This document shows positions 55,629 through 64,000 of a stretch of DNA of 64,000 bases, one piece after another (position 1 is the first letter of the stretch; the number at the start of each line of letters is the position of its first letter). The position numbers were made by a program, and so were the translations under genes. This stretch comes from Candidatus Omnitrophota bacterium (GTDB taxonomy: Bacteria; Omnitrophota; Gorgyraeia; Gygaellales; Profunditerraquicolaceae): the NCBI GenBank assembly GCA_041649115.1, contig JBAZNT010000005.1, forward strand, positions 12,737-76,736. The letters run 5' to 3'. The notes under the pieces are model-generated. The model saw nothing but the letters and a program-made list of their open reading frames with translations, was not told where the DNA came from and made no database searches.

Positions 55629-56272
55629 AGATATTCATAGACAGCGCGAACATAAAAGAAATAAAAGGGGCGAATAGCCTCGGTGTGATAGACGGGGTTA
55701 CTACTAACCCCAGCTTGATAGCAAGAGAGGGCCGGCAGGCAGAGGAGATTTTAAGAGAGATCTGTTTTATTGTGAAAGGCCCGGTGAGCGCTGAGGTAAT
55801 CAGCCTTGAAAGCGAAGGCATGCTTCGCGAGGCGCGGGCATTAGCGGCCCTTGCTGAAAACATCGTAATAAAAATCCCCATTACCAAGGAAGGCCTGATT
55901 GCGGTGAGGGCCTTGTCAGCGGAAGGCATCAAGACCAATACCACGCTTTGTTTTTCTTCTATGCAGGCATTGCTGGTAGCCAAGGCAGGCGCTACCTATG
56001 TCTCGCCGTTTGTAGGCAGGCTTGATGATACCGGGGCCGTTGGCATGGAGCTAATCCGCGAGATCAGGCAGATTTACTCAAATTATGGCTTTAAGACCGA
56101 GATTATCGTAGCTTCGGTGCGCAACCCGCTGCATGTGATTGAGGCGGCCAGGATAGGAGCCGATATCGCCACCATTCCCTTTGCGGTTATTGAGCAGCTG
56201 TTGAAGCACCCCCTGACAGATATCGGCATCAACCGTTTCTTAGAGGACTACAAGAAGATCCCCAAAAAATAA
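55625..56272 (+). CDS. tal: Short-type transaldolase / fructose-6-phosphate aldolase family enzyme
   Basis: 215 aa. [14 protein letters not shown]...GVTTNPSL...VIKIPIT...[11 protein letters not shown]...[11 protein letters not shown]. Confidence 0.9.
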   Translation: MKIFIDSANIKEIKGANSLGVIDGVTTNPSLIAREGRQAEEILREICFIVKGPVSAEVISLESEGMLREARALAALAENIVIKIPITKEGLIAVRALSAEGIKTNTTLCFSSMQALLVAKAGATYVSPFVGRLDDTGAVGMELIREIRQIYSNYGFKTEIIVASVRNPLHVIEAARIGADIATIPFAVIEQLLKHPLTDIGINRFLEDYKKIPKK

Positions 56273-58444
56273 ATGAAGGCCCGCCTGATTATTATCGGAG
56301 TCGTATTCATATTTTCCTCGGCAGTCATCCTTTCAGCCGATGATAAAGAGAAGAGGAGTAATACCGTACAGGAACCCGTAGTGGTAAACGGCGATGTAGT
56401 GGAATATTCCTCCGAGAACAAAAACGTTACTGCCAGCGGAGACGTCTCCGTAGAATATAAAGGCGCTAAGTTGACCTGCGAAAAGCTTACCGTGAATACC
56501 GAAACCAAGCAAGGATGGGTCGAGGGCAACGTCAAGATTGAGGACGAGAAGGGTGTGATTGAGGCTAAAAAGGGGACTTATAATTTCCAGGATAAGTCCG
56601 GGGTCCTGGATGACGCGGAGTTTCGCTCCGAGCCGTATTTCGGAAGAGCCAAGAGCGTAAAAAAAGTAAGCGATAAGGAATTTATCGCTTCCCACGGTTA
56701 TGTCTCCACCTGCAGCATGGATACCCCCCATTATCGCATCAAATCCCGCAGGGTAAATTTTTTCCCGAAGAATAAGGTCGAGACCAAGGACGATATCCTT
56801 TATCTGGGCCAGGTCCCCGTGGCGTATATACCGGAGTTCAGCCGCAGCTTTGCCGACCCTTTAATGCACGTGCAGCTTAGCCCCGGGAAAAGGAAGGAAT
56901 GGGGGGCATACATGCTTTCTGCCTGGCGCTACAGCCTCAGCGATAATGCGCAGGGGAGGGTTTATTTTGATTACCGCAATAAACTCGGAACCGCCGAAGG
57001 GTTCGGGCTGAATTACCAGAGCGAGAACTTCGGCAGGGGAGATTTTAAGTTTTACTATACCGACGAAGAGAATGATAACAGCCAGGATAACGGTTATAAT
57101 GATTTCCAGAGGTATCTGGTGCGCTGGCGGCACAAGTGGGATATCGATGAACGCACCAATTTTACCTCCGAGCTCTATAAGATATCCGACCAGAAAAGAA
57201 AAAAGCTCGGTTCCGACGATAATTTCCTGAGGGATTATTTTTACCGCGAATACGAGAAAGAGGCAGAACCTTTATCCTACGGTTTATTGCACCACTCCTT
57301 TGATTATTCCAGCCTGGATATCCTGGTGCAAAAACGCGTGAACCACTGGTTTACCGACCAGGATGAGAGCCTCCCCCGGATACAATACAGCATGCCGAGT
57401 ATCCAGCTGGGAGATTCCCCATTTTACCTGCAGGATACCACCTCTTACGTGAATTATTCCTACAATGATTCGACCTCTGCCGCAGCGGATCAGGATGTTA
57501 CCTATAGCAAATTCGACAGCGCCAATAAATTATCCCTTCCTTTAAAGGTGTCCTTTTTGAAGGTGACCCCCTTTGCTTCGGCGGAGGGGGCTTACTACAA
57601 TAAGAATACCTACGGCGCAACCTCTCAGGTATTGCTGGGCACCGGTTCCGATATCAGCACCAAATTCTACCGCCTGTTTAACGTTAATTCTAATTTTTTA
57701 GGCCTTGATATCCACGGGCTTCGCCATATATTTGCGCCTAGCGTGGGTTACTCTTATATCAATACCTCTACCATGCCTGCAAGCAAGGCCAGGTTCGGAG
57801 GGGGGGCTTCTGTCGGAGATTCTTCCGTGACGATGGAGCTGGCTAACAGGCTGCAGACTAAGCGCAAAGGCCAGACGGCGCTTTTGGCTGATTTCAGGAT
57901 TAACACCAGTTACGACATCAAGCCCAAGACGACTACCGGAAAAACGGGGAGCAGTTTAGGGGACATAGTCTTTGACCTGGACCTCTGGCCTTATTCCTGG
58001 ATGTCGATCGTAGGCGATGCCACCTATACGCATTCAGGGTTGCGCAGCGACCCGAATTACAATACCTTTTCCAATGCCAATATCGATCTCAATTTTAACC
58101 TAAGCGAAGATCGAAGCATCGGTATCGGCCAGCGTTATCAGCGCAAGGCCGGGAAGGAATTGACCTTTGGCACTAAGTGGCGCATAAACCCTAAATGGAA
58201 ATTCGGGATTTATGAAAGATACCAGTTTGCCGATACCGCCGATTATCCATCCGGGTTAAGGGAGCAGGAATATTCCATCATACGCGACCTGCACTGCTGG
58301 ACAGTAGAGCTTACCTACAACGTAGAAAAGAACCACGGCAATAGCATCTGGGTGGTTTTTAGATTAAAGGCCTTCCCGGAGAACGAATTCAGCCTTGAGC
58401 AGAGCTATCATGAGCCCAAGCCTGGATCGCAAAACAATTATTGA
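56273..58444 (+). CDS. lptD: LPS-assembly outer-membrane protein LptD (OstA family)
   Basis: Signal peptide and an OstA_N-like beta-jellyroll (GDVVEYSSENKNVTASGDVSVEYKGAKLTCEKLTVN...). The C-terminal beta-barrel region is large and rich in aromatic/Gly residues. Confidence 0.8.
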   Translation: MKARLIIIGVVFIFSSAVILSADDKEKRSNTVQEPVVVNGDVVEYSSENKNVTASGDVSVEYKGAKLTCEKLTVNTETKQGWVEGNVKIEDEKGVIEAKKGTYNFQDKSGVLDDAEFRSEPYFGRAKSVKKVSDKEFIASHGYVSTCSMDTPHYRIKSRRVNFFPKNKVETKDDILYLGQVPVAYIPEFSRSFADPLMHVQLSPGKRKEWGAYMLSAWRYSLSDNAQGRVYFDYRNKLGTAEGFGLNYQSENFGRGDFKFYYTDEENDNSQDNGYNDFQRYLVRWRHKWDIDERTNFTSELYKISDQKRKKLGSDDNFLRDYFYREYEKEAEPLSYGLLHHSFDYSSLDILVQKRVNHWFTDQDESLPRIQYSMPSIQLGDSPFYLQDTTSYVNYSYNDSTSAAADQDVTYSKFDSANKLSLPLKVSFLKVTPFASAEGAYYNKNTYGATSQVLLGTGSDISTKFYRLFNVNSNFLGLDIHGLRHIFAPSVGYSYINTSTMPASKARFGGGASVGDSSVTMELANRLQTKRKGQTALLADFRINTSYDIKPKTTTGKTGSSLGDIVFDLDLWPYSWMSIVGDATYTHSGLRSDPNYNTFSNANIDLNFNLSEDRSIGIGQRYQRKAGKELTFGTKWRINPKWKFGIYERYQFADTADYPSGLREQEYSIIRDLHCWTVELTYNVEKNHGNSIWVVFRLKAFPENEFSLEQSYHEPKPGSQNNY

Positions 58445-58467
58445 GGAAATAGGTTAGGGGAGAAATA

Positions 58468-59784
58468 ATGAAGATATCCATTATCGGTTCGGGATATGTA
58501 GGATTGGTGAGCGGGGCGTGTTTTGCGGAATTAGGCAATAGCGTAGTTTGCGCCGATAATAACGCCCGCAAGATCTCCCAGCTTCAGAAGGGCGTCATTC
58601 CTATATATGAGCCGGGGCTGGAAGAGCTTGTCGTAAAGAACGCTGCCAAGAGAAGGCTGAGATTTACCTCAAGCATCAAAGAGGCCGTGAAGGCTTCGGA
58701 GGTAATTTTCATCGCAGTAGGCACTCCTTCTTTAGACAACGGCGAGGCGGACCTCACCGGGATAGAGAACGTGGCCCGCAATATCGCATTATATATGGAC
58801 GGCTACCGCCTGATTGTGGAAAAATCTACTGTCCCGGTTGAGACCGGCTATTGGGTGAAACAGACTATTTCTACCTATATAAAGCGCAAGGAGAAATTTG
58901 ACGTTGCCTCAAATCCCGAATTCCTGAAGGAGGGCGTAGCCATAAATGATTTTATGCGCCCTGACCGTATTGTTATCGGAGTAGAGTCTAAAAAGGCCGA
59001 GGCCATCCTGACAGGCCTCTACAGGCCTCTTAATGCCCCTTTGGTAATTACGGATATCAGATCCGCAGAATTAATCAAGCACGCTTCAAATTCTTTCCTG
59101 GCAACCAAGATTTCCTTTATCAATGCCGTTTCGCGTATCTGCGATAAGGTCGGCGCAGATATTAAAGAGGTGGCTTTGGGGGTAGGATTGGACAAGAGGA
59201 TCGGCGGGGATTTTTTAAATGCCGGCCTTGGCTACGGAGGCTCATGTTTTCCAAAAGACCTCGACGCCTTCATTGAGATATCAGCGAAGCTAGGGCATGA
59301 TTTCCACATTCTTAAGTCGGTACGCGACACCAACGAGGAACAGCTTAGCGCTTTCCTTGCGAAGATCAAGGATGAGCTCTGGATAATTAAGGATAAGAAT
59401 ATTGCGGTATTGGGTTTGTCTTTTAAGCCTAATACCGATGACCTCCGCAACGCCCCTTCAATCGGGATCATCAAGGCATTGAAATCGGACGGGGCAAGGA
59501 TGAGGGTCTATGATCCCTCTGCCATGAAGAATGCAAAGGAATTGTTCGTTGATGGGCGCGGCATCACTTTTTGCAAGGACCCTTATCAGGCCTGCCGTCA
59601 GGCGGACTGCCTTTTGATTATTACCGAATGGGATGAATTCAAGGAGTTGGATTTCGCAAGGATAAGAAAACTGATGCGCCGCCGCCTTATCATTGACGGC
59701 CGCAATATCTATGAGCCGAAACATATGAAGAAGTTAGGCTTTAGCTATATCGGTGTCGGCAGGAAGAGCACGCCCAACAGGTAG
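58468..59784 (+). CDS. ugd: UDP-glucose 6-dehydrogenase
   Basis: MKISIIGSGYVGLVSG, with catalytic Cys in GLGYGGSCFPKDL, plus GLSFKPNTDDLRNAP. Confidence 0.93.
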   Translation: MKISIIGSGYVGLVSGACFAELGNSVVCADNNARKISQLQKGVIPIYEPGLEELVVKNAAKRRLRFTSSIKEAVKASEVIFIAVGTPSLDNGEADLTGIENVARNIALYMDGYRLIVEKSTVPVETGYWVKQTISTYIKRKEKFDVASNPEFLKEGVAINDFMRPDRIVIGVESKKAEAILTGLYRPLNAPLVITDIRSAELIKHASNSFLATKISFINAVSRICDKVGADIKEVALGVGLDKRIGGDFLNAGLGYGGSCFPKDLDAFIEISAKLGHDFHILKSVRDTNEEQLSAFLAKIKDELWIIKDKNIAVLGLSFKPNTDDLRNAPSIGIIKALKSDGARMRVYDPSAMKNAKELFVDGRGITFCKDPYQACRQADCLLIITEWDEFKELDFARIRKLMRRRLIIDGRNIYEPKHMKKLGFSYIGVGRKSTPNR

Positions 59785-59791
59785 CTTAAAT

Positions 59792-62524
59792 ATGAATAAT
59801 GCCGTTAAGGAATTCAATCGCAGGGTAAAATCTAAAAAGCTTCTGATAGCGGTAGTGGGCCTGGGTTATGTGGGATTGCCTCTGGCAATGCAATTTTCCA
59901 GAAAGGGGTTCCGCACGCTTGGGATAGAGATAGACCGGGATCGCCTCAACCGCCTCAAGAAAAGGCAATCCTATATCAGCGACGTCAGGGCGGGAGAATT
60001 AAAGAAGGTTGTAGCCTCCGGTAATTTTGTGCCGTGCGGCGAGTTCAGCGCCTTGCGGGAAGCGGACGCGGTTATTATCTGCGTCCCTACTCCGTTAAAA
60101 CGCAAGTATCACCCGGATATTTCCTATATCAGGGAGGCTGTCAGAGGTATAGGGCGTAATATCAAAAAAGGCACCCTGGTGGTGCTGGAGAGTACCACTT
60201 ATCCTGGGACGACTGAAGAGGTTATCCTGCCGCTTTTGGAAAAGGGCGGGTTGAGGCACAACCGGGATTTTTACCTCAGTTTTTCCCCCGAGCGGATAGA
60301 CCCCGGGAATAAAACCTATCCTGTCGGGAGGATACCCAAGATCGTCGGCGGGGTTAGCAGCGACGCCTCTCTTATGACAGTTGCGTTATACCGTAGCGTT
60401 ATCAGTAATGTCATACCGGTTTCAAGCGCCCGCACTGCCGAGGCCGTTAAATTACTGGAGAATACCTTTCGCCTTATCAATATCGCTCTCATAGATGAGA
60501 TAGCGATGATGGCGCATAAGATGGGTATTGATGTCTGGGAGGTGATAAGGGGGGCCAGCACCAAGCCCTTTGGTTTTATGCCTTTTTATCCCGGGCCCGG
60601 GGTCGGCGGGCACTGTTTGAGCAGCAAGGAGACTGTTTGCGTTAAAGAAGGAAACGCCTTAAAGGTAATGGCGATGCCTGATTTAATCAAGCATCTTGAG
60701 AGTTCCCCCGGCGCCGATAGCGTGGAGGTTTTGTCTTTTGACCCCATGGCAAAAAAAGGGGTTTTTAAGAGGGTTACCGCGGCTTCAGCAAGGCCTTACA
60801 GCGGAGAGATGATTAATATTGTAACCGAGGACGGAAGGCATCTTAGAGTGACAAACCTTCACCCGATGTTCATTTACCATGATGGTAAATGGCGGCTTCG
60901 CTATGCCAGGGACTTGAGGCCCGGGGATTCGCTGCCGATATGCTTAAACCTGCCTTTCTTTAATGACGGCGTCGGCAACGCCGTAGATCTTATTGAAGAG
61001 ATTCAGCGTCAAGGGCGTTGGTTGATTGATAAGGTCAGAGTAGAACCTTTGGATTTTAGCTGGCGCGACTATGCCGGAGCGATCAAGGATATATTGCGCC
61101 GTCGGTCCAAAGGTGGCATCCCGGATTGCTGTTGGGATTATCTTAGCGATAACAAGCTCCCCCTGAGATATTTTTATGAATTAGATAAATTTACCGCTAT
61201 TGACCACCGCAGGTTGAAGCTGGTTACCGGACGCGGCCCAAGCAGGAGTAGCATCCCGGCTGTAATAGAACTCGATAGTGATTTTTGCCGTCTTATCGGT
61301 TATTACCTGAGCGAAGGTTGCTATACTAAAGACAAGTCCGCCAGGATAAGGTTTAGTTTTAACCGTTGCGAAAAGGATTATATTGAAGACGTCAAAGCTA
61401 TCTTGGCGCGCTTAGGTATCAGGGCTTCTGTTTATGAGTCCAGGGCCTGGTATAGTTCGTGCTTAAAGGTGTCTTCCGATATCTTCGGTTTTCTGCTGTA
61501 TAAAGTCTTAGGCTGCGGGAGAAACTGCTATGATATGAAAATACCCTCTCGGCTTTTTAGTTTTGACAGCGAAAGGAAAAGGGCTTTGGTATCGGGCTTA
61601 TTCCGGGGCGACGGCAGCGTAGAGCATTTCTTCGGTAAATGGCGTTACCGCAGGAACGAGAAGGAATATCTGCATAACGTCAATACCGCCAACATCAGCT
61701 TTTTTACCTCCAGCAGGAAGCTTTTTCAGCAGTTGATTATATTGCTTCATGACTTAGGTATTGTGTGCACTTTCCGTAAACGTAAATACAGCCTTTCTAT
61801 ATTCGGCTGGCGGCAGTTAGAGTTTTTTAAGGATTTCTTTGCAGGAAAGAAAAAGGAGATTATCCTCAGGTACCTGGAGCTTAATAAAAACAGGCCGCGT
61901 AATAAGACTTTCCGGAAATTTGAGAATTTCGCTACGGTAAAGGTACGTTCGACCTCTGTCTCTAAGGGGGGTTGGGTTTATTCCATAGAAACCGAAAAGC
62001 CGCATGCCTTTGTAACATCTTACGGCATTGCGGTGCATAACTGCATTCCCAAGGATCCGCTTTACCTTTACTGGAAGGCGCGGCATTATGGTTTCCGTTC
62101 GCGTTTTATCAGGTTAGCCTCCGATACTATTTCTGGGATGCCGCAATATATTACCGAGAGGGTCATGCATTTGTTAAAGCACAAGGCGGCTTCTAAATCA
62201 AAGGTATTGGTAATAGGCGCCACTTATAAAAAAGATATCAAGGATTTAAGGCAGTCGCCGGCCCTGGATATCATCTCGGCCTTCCATAGGAGAGGGGTGT
62301 TGGTTTCCTACTACGATCCCCTTATACCTTATTTAAAAATTAACGGGATTAACCTTAAGGGCATCAGGCTCAATAGCGCCAACCTTAAAGGTTTTGATTG
62401 CGTTGTAATAGCTACCGACCATTCGGCCCTTGATTATTCCCTTATCCTGAAGAATTCCAGGCTTATCTTTGATACCCGTAACGCCTACGCCCGCACCAAT
62501 AACCCCAAGGTGGTAAGATTATGA
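59792..62524 (+). CDS. TviB/WbpO/WecC-type UDP-N-acetylhexosamine (nucleotide-sugar) dehydrogenase interrupted by an intein
   Basis: Extein is 434 aa: VVGLGYVGLPLA Rossmann fold, ...FYPGPGVGGH|intein|CIPKDPLYL..., and C-terminal GATYKKDIKDLRQSPA. ATG 59792 follows the ugd stop; the track start 59753 overlaps ugd. Confidence 0.9.
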   Translation: MNNAVKEFNRRVKSKKLLIAVVGLGYVGLPLAMQFSRKGFRTLGIEIDRDRLNRLKKRQSYISDVRAGELKKVVASGNFVPCGEFSALREADAVIICVPTPLKRKYHPDISYIREAVRGIGRNIKKGTLVVLESTTYPGTTEEVILPLLEKGGLRHNRDFYLSFSPERIDPGNKTYPVGRIPKIVGGVSSDASLMTVALYRSVISNVIPVSSARTAEAVKLLENTFRLINIALIDEIAMMAHKMGIDVWEVIRGASTKPFGFMPFYPGPGVGGHCLSSKETVCVKEGNALKVMAMPDLIKHLESSPGADSVEVLSFDPMAKKGVFKRVTAASARPYSGEMINIVTEDGRHLRVTNLHPMFIYHDGKWRLRYARDLRPGDSLPICLNLPFFNDGVGNAVDLIEEIQRQGRWLIDKVRVEPLDFSWRDYAGAIKDILRRRSKGGIPDCCWDYLSDNKLPLRYFYELDKFTAIDHRRLKLVTGRGPSRSSIPAVIELDSDFCRLIGYYLSEGCYTKDKSARIRFSFNRCEKDYIEDVKAILARLGIRASVYESRAWYSSCLKVSSDIFGFLLYKVLGCGRNCYDMKIPSRLFSFDSERKRALVSGLFRGDGSVEHFFGKWRYRRNEKEYLHNVNTANISFFTSSRKLFQQLIILLHDLGIVCTFRKRKYSLSIFGWRQLEFFKDFFAGKKKEIILRYLELNKNRPRNKTFRKFENFATVKVRSTSVSKGGWVYSIETEKPHAFVTSYGIAVHNCIPKDPLYLYWKARHYGFRSRFIRLASDTISGMPQYITERVMHLLKHKAASKSKVLVIGATYKKDIKDLRQSPALDIISAFHRRGVLVSYYDPLIPYLKINGINLKGIRLNSANLKGFDCVVIATDHSALDYSLILKNSRLIFDTRNAYARTNNPKVVRL
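60614..62041 (+). mobile_element. Intein (476 aa) with LAGLIDADG homing-endonuclease domain
   Basis: Block A is CLSSKETVCV (Cys1) and block B is RVTNLHPMF (TxxH). The LAGLIDADG motifs are LIGYYLSEGC and LVSGLFRGDGS. Block F is GWVYSIETEKPHAFV and block G is GIAVHN, followed by the +1 Cys (CIPKDP). The element is in frame (1428 nt). Confidence 0.9.
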
Positions 62525-63453
62525 GGAAGTTTTTGGTTACCGGCGGAGCCGGTTTTATCGGTTCGCATATCGTTGAGCTATTAGTCGGCAAGGGGCATAG
62601 CGTTAGGGTGCTGGATAATTTTTCAAGCGGCAAGATAGAAAATATCAGGCCGTTTCTAAAGAAGCTTGAAGTATTAAGAGGGGATGTCCGCTCCATATCT
62701 GATTGCAAAAAGGCTGCCAGGGGCATTGAAGTAGTGCTGCACCATGCAGCATTGAGGAGCGTCCCAAAATCCATACTTAATCCCCATGGTTATAACGAGG
62801 TTAACATCGAAGGTACCCTTAATATGCTGGAGGCGTCCCTTAAAAACAATGTTAAGTCTTTTGTATTCGCTTCCTCCAGTTCAGTTTACGGAGACGTAAG
62901 AAGCTTCCCGGAGAAAGAAGATTTCCCGCCCCAGCCGATTTCGCCTTACGCCCTTACTAAATTAAGCGGGGAATACTACTGCCGTATGTTCAACTTACAC
63001 TACGGTCTGCCGACGGTATCACTGCGTTACTTTAATGTTTTTGGCCCGCGCCAGAACCCCGATGACGAGTACGCTGTAGTAATACCTAAATTTATCAAGC
63101 TGATGCTCGCCGGTAAGCGCCCGCCCATATTCGGCACGGGTAGGCAGTCGCGCGATTTTGTTTATGTCAGGGATGTGGCGGAAGCGAATATTCTCGCTTC
63201 TGGCAGGCTCGGCTTAAGGGGGAGCGTTATTAACATCGGCTCGGGGCATAATTATACTGTGATAGAACTGACGAGGCTGCTTAATAAGATATTGCACAGC
63301 GGTATCAGGCCGAGGTTCCTGGGAAGGCGCCCCGGGGATGTGTTTAAGACGCACGCGGATTTAAGCATGGCCAGGAGATTGTTGGGATTTAAGCCGCGGG
63401 TAAGCCTTGAGCAAGGACTGAAGTCAACCGTGGAGTATTTTAAAAATGTCTAA
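62521..63453 (+). CDS. NAD-dependent sugar-nucleotide 4-epimerase (WbpP/TviC-like SDR)
   Basis: [17 protein letters not shown], and catalytic YALTK. It directly follows the TviB-like dehydrogenase with a 4-nt overlap. Confidence 0.88.
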   Translation: MRKFLVTGGAGFIGSHIVELLVGKGHSVRVLDNFSSGKIENIRPFLKKLEVLRGDVRSISDCKKAARGIEVVLHHAALRSVPKSILNPHGYNEVNIEGTLNMLEASLKNNVKSFVFASSSSVYGDVRSFPEKEDFPPQPISPYALTKLSGEYYCRMFNLHYGLPTVSLRYFNVFGPRQNPDDEYAVVIPKFIKLMLAGKRPPIFGTGRQSRDFVYVRDVAEANILASGRLGLRGSVINIGSGHNYTVIELTRLLNKILHSGIRPRFLGRRPGDVFKTHADLSMARRLLGFKPRVSLEQGLKSTVEYFKNV

Positions 63454-64000
63454 AAAAACAGCTGTTATTACGGGGGGCGCGGGTTTTATAGGTTCGCACC
63501 TGTGCGAACGGCTTATACGCGAGGGGCTCAGGGTTATCTGTCTCGATAACCTTAAGACCGGCGCGCTTGGAAACATATCATCGTTATTTAAGGATAGGAA
63601 TTTCAGTTATCGTAAGCATGACGTATCGGAGTATATTTCCGTATCCGGGAAGGTAAATTATGTCTTGCATTTTGCATCTTTGGCTTCTCCTCAGGATTAC
63701 CTGAGGTTTCCTATCCACACATTAAAAGTCGGATCTCTTGGTACGCATAATGCCTTGGGCCTGGCCAGGAAGAAAGGGGCTGTATTTTTGCTTGCTTCTA
63801 CCTCCGAGGTTTACGGCGACCCCCTGGTGCATCCGCAGAATGAAGAGTACTGGGGTAACGTTAATCCGGTAGGGGTGCGCGGGTGTTACGACGAATCAAA
63901 GCGTTTTGCCGAAGCAATCACCATGGCTTATCAGCGGTTCCATAAAATGGATACCCGTATCGCGCGCATCTTTAATACCTACGGCCCGCGCATGCGGGTA
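63446..64000 (+). CDS. UDP-glucuronate decarboxylase (UDP-xylose synthase), partial (3' end off window)
   Basis: My translation from ATG 63446: [23 protein letters not shown]...[41 protein letters not shown]...[12 protein letters not shown]. This is the classic UXS signature. It is absent from the ORF track because it runs off the window edge. Confidence 0.88.
   Translation, partial: MSKKTAVITGGAGFIGSHLCERLIREGLRVICLDNLKTGALGNISSLFKDRNFSYRKHDVSEYISVSGKVNYVLHFASLASPQDYLRFPIHTLKVGSLGTHNALGLARKKGAVFLLASTSEVYGDPLVHPQNEEYWGNVNPVGVRGCYDESKRFAEAITMAYQRFHKMDTRIARIFNTYGPRMRV

Overview
64-kb bacterial chromosomal window of roughly 50% GC. LptD is present, so the organism is a diderm; the taxon cannot be assigned without a database search. 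I support about 58 protein genes. All are on the + strand except one 5'-truncated minus-strand gene at the left edge. Genes are tightly packed, with many 1-60 nt overlaps.

No rRNA, tRNA, CRISPR array, transposase or prophage genes were seen.

Most content is housekeeping:
- H+-pyrophosphatase (hppA)
- trxA and trxB
- a split pta plus ackA
- panD, def, pckG, purC, copA
- miaB-like, miaA, hflX
- a heat-shock block: hspR-like, clpB, hrcA-grpE-dnaK-dnaJ, with two CIRCE operators
- accD, a MalK-type ABC ATPase, ROK glucokinase, transaldolase
- lptD and a nucleotide-sugar cluster: ugd, a TviB/WecC-like dehydrogenase, a 4-epimerase and UDP-xylose synthase

Unusual items, in rough order of interest:
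1. A 476-aa LAGLIDADG intein sits exactly at the catalytic cysteine of the TviB/WecC-like dehydrogenase.
2. An ECF sigma, a soluble zf-HC2 anti-sigma and a CHAT-TM-TPR protease form one module.
3. A family of nested-hairpin intergenic repeats, built from roughly 34-nt units, abuts several stop codons.
4. A MoxR-DUF58 operon has a third gene in which two Big_2 domains replace the usual transglutaminase core.
5. An orphan 513-aa protein with UDG-superfamily-like motifs lies next to a SAM methyltransferase.
6. Several domain-architecture oddities: an APC permease fused to EIIA(Ntr), MiaB without TRAM, a short HrcA, and a GGDEF protein whose transmembrane N-terminus has no canonical start codon.

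All functional calls rest on motif recognition by eye. No searches were run.
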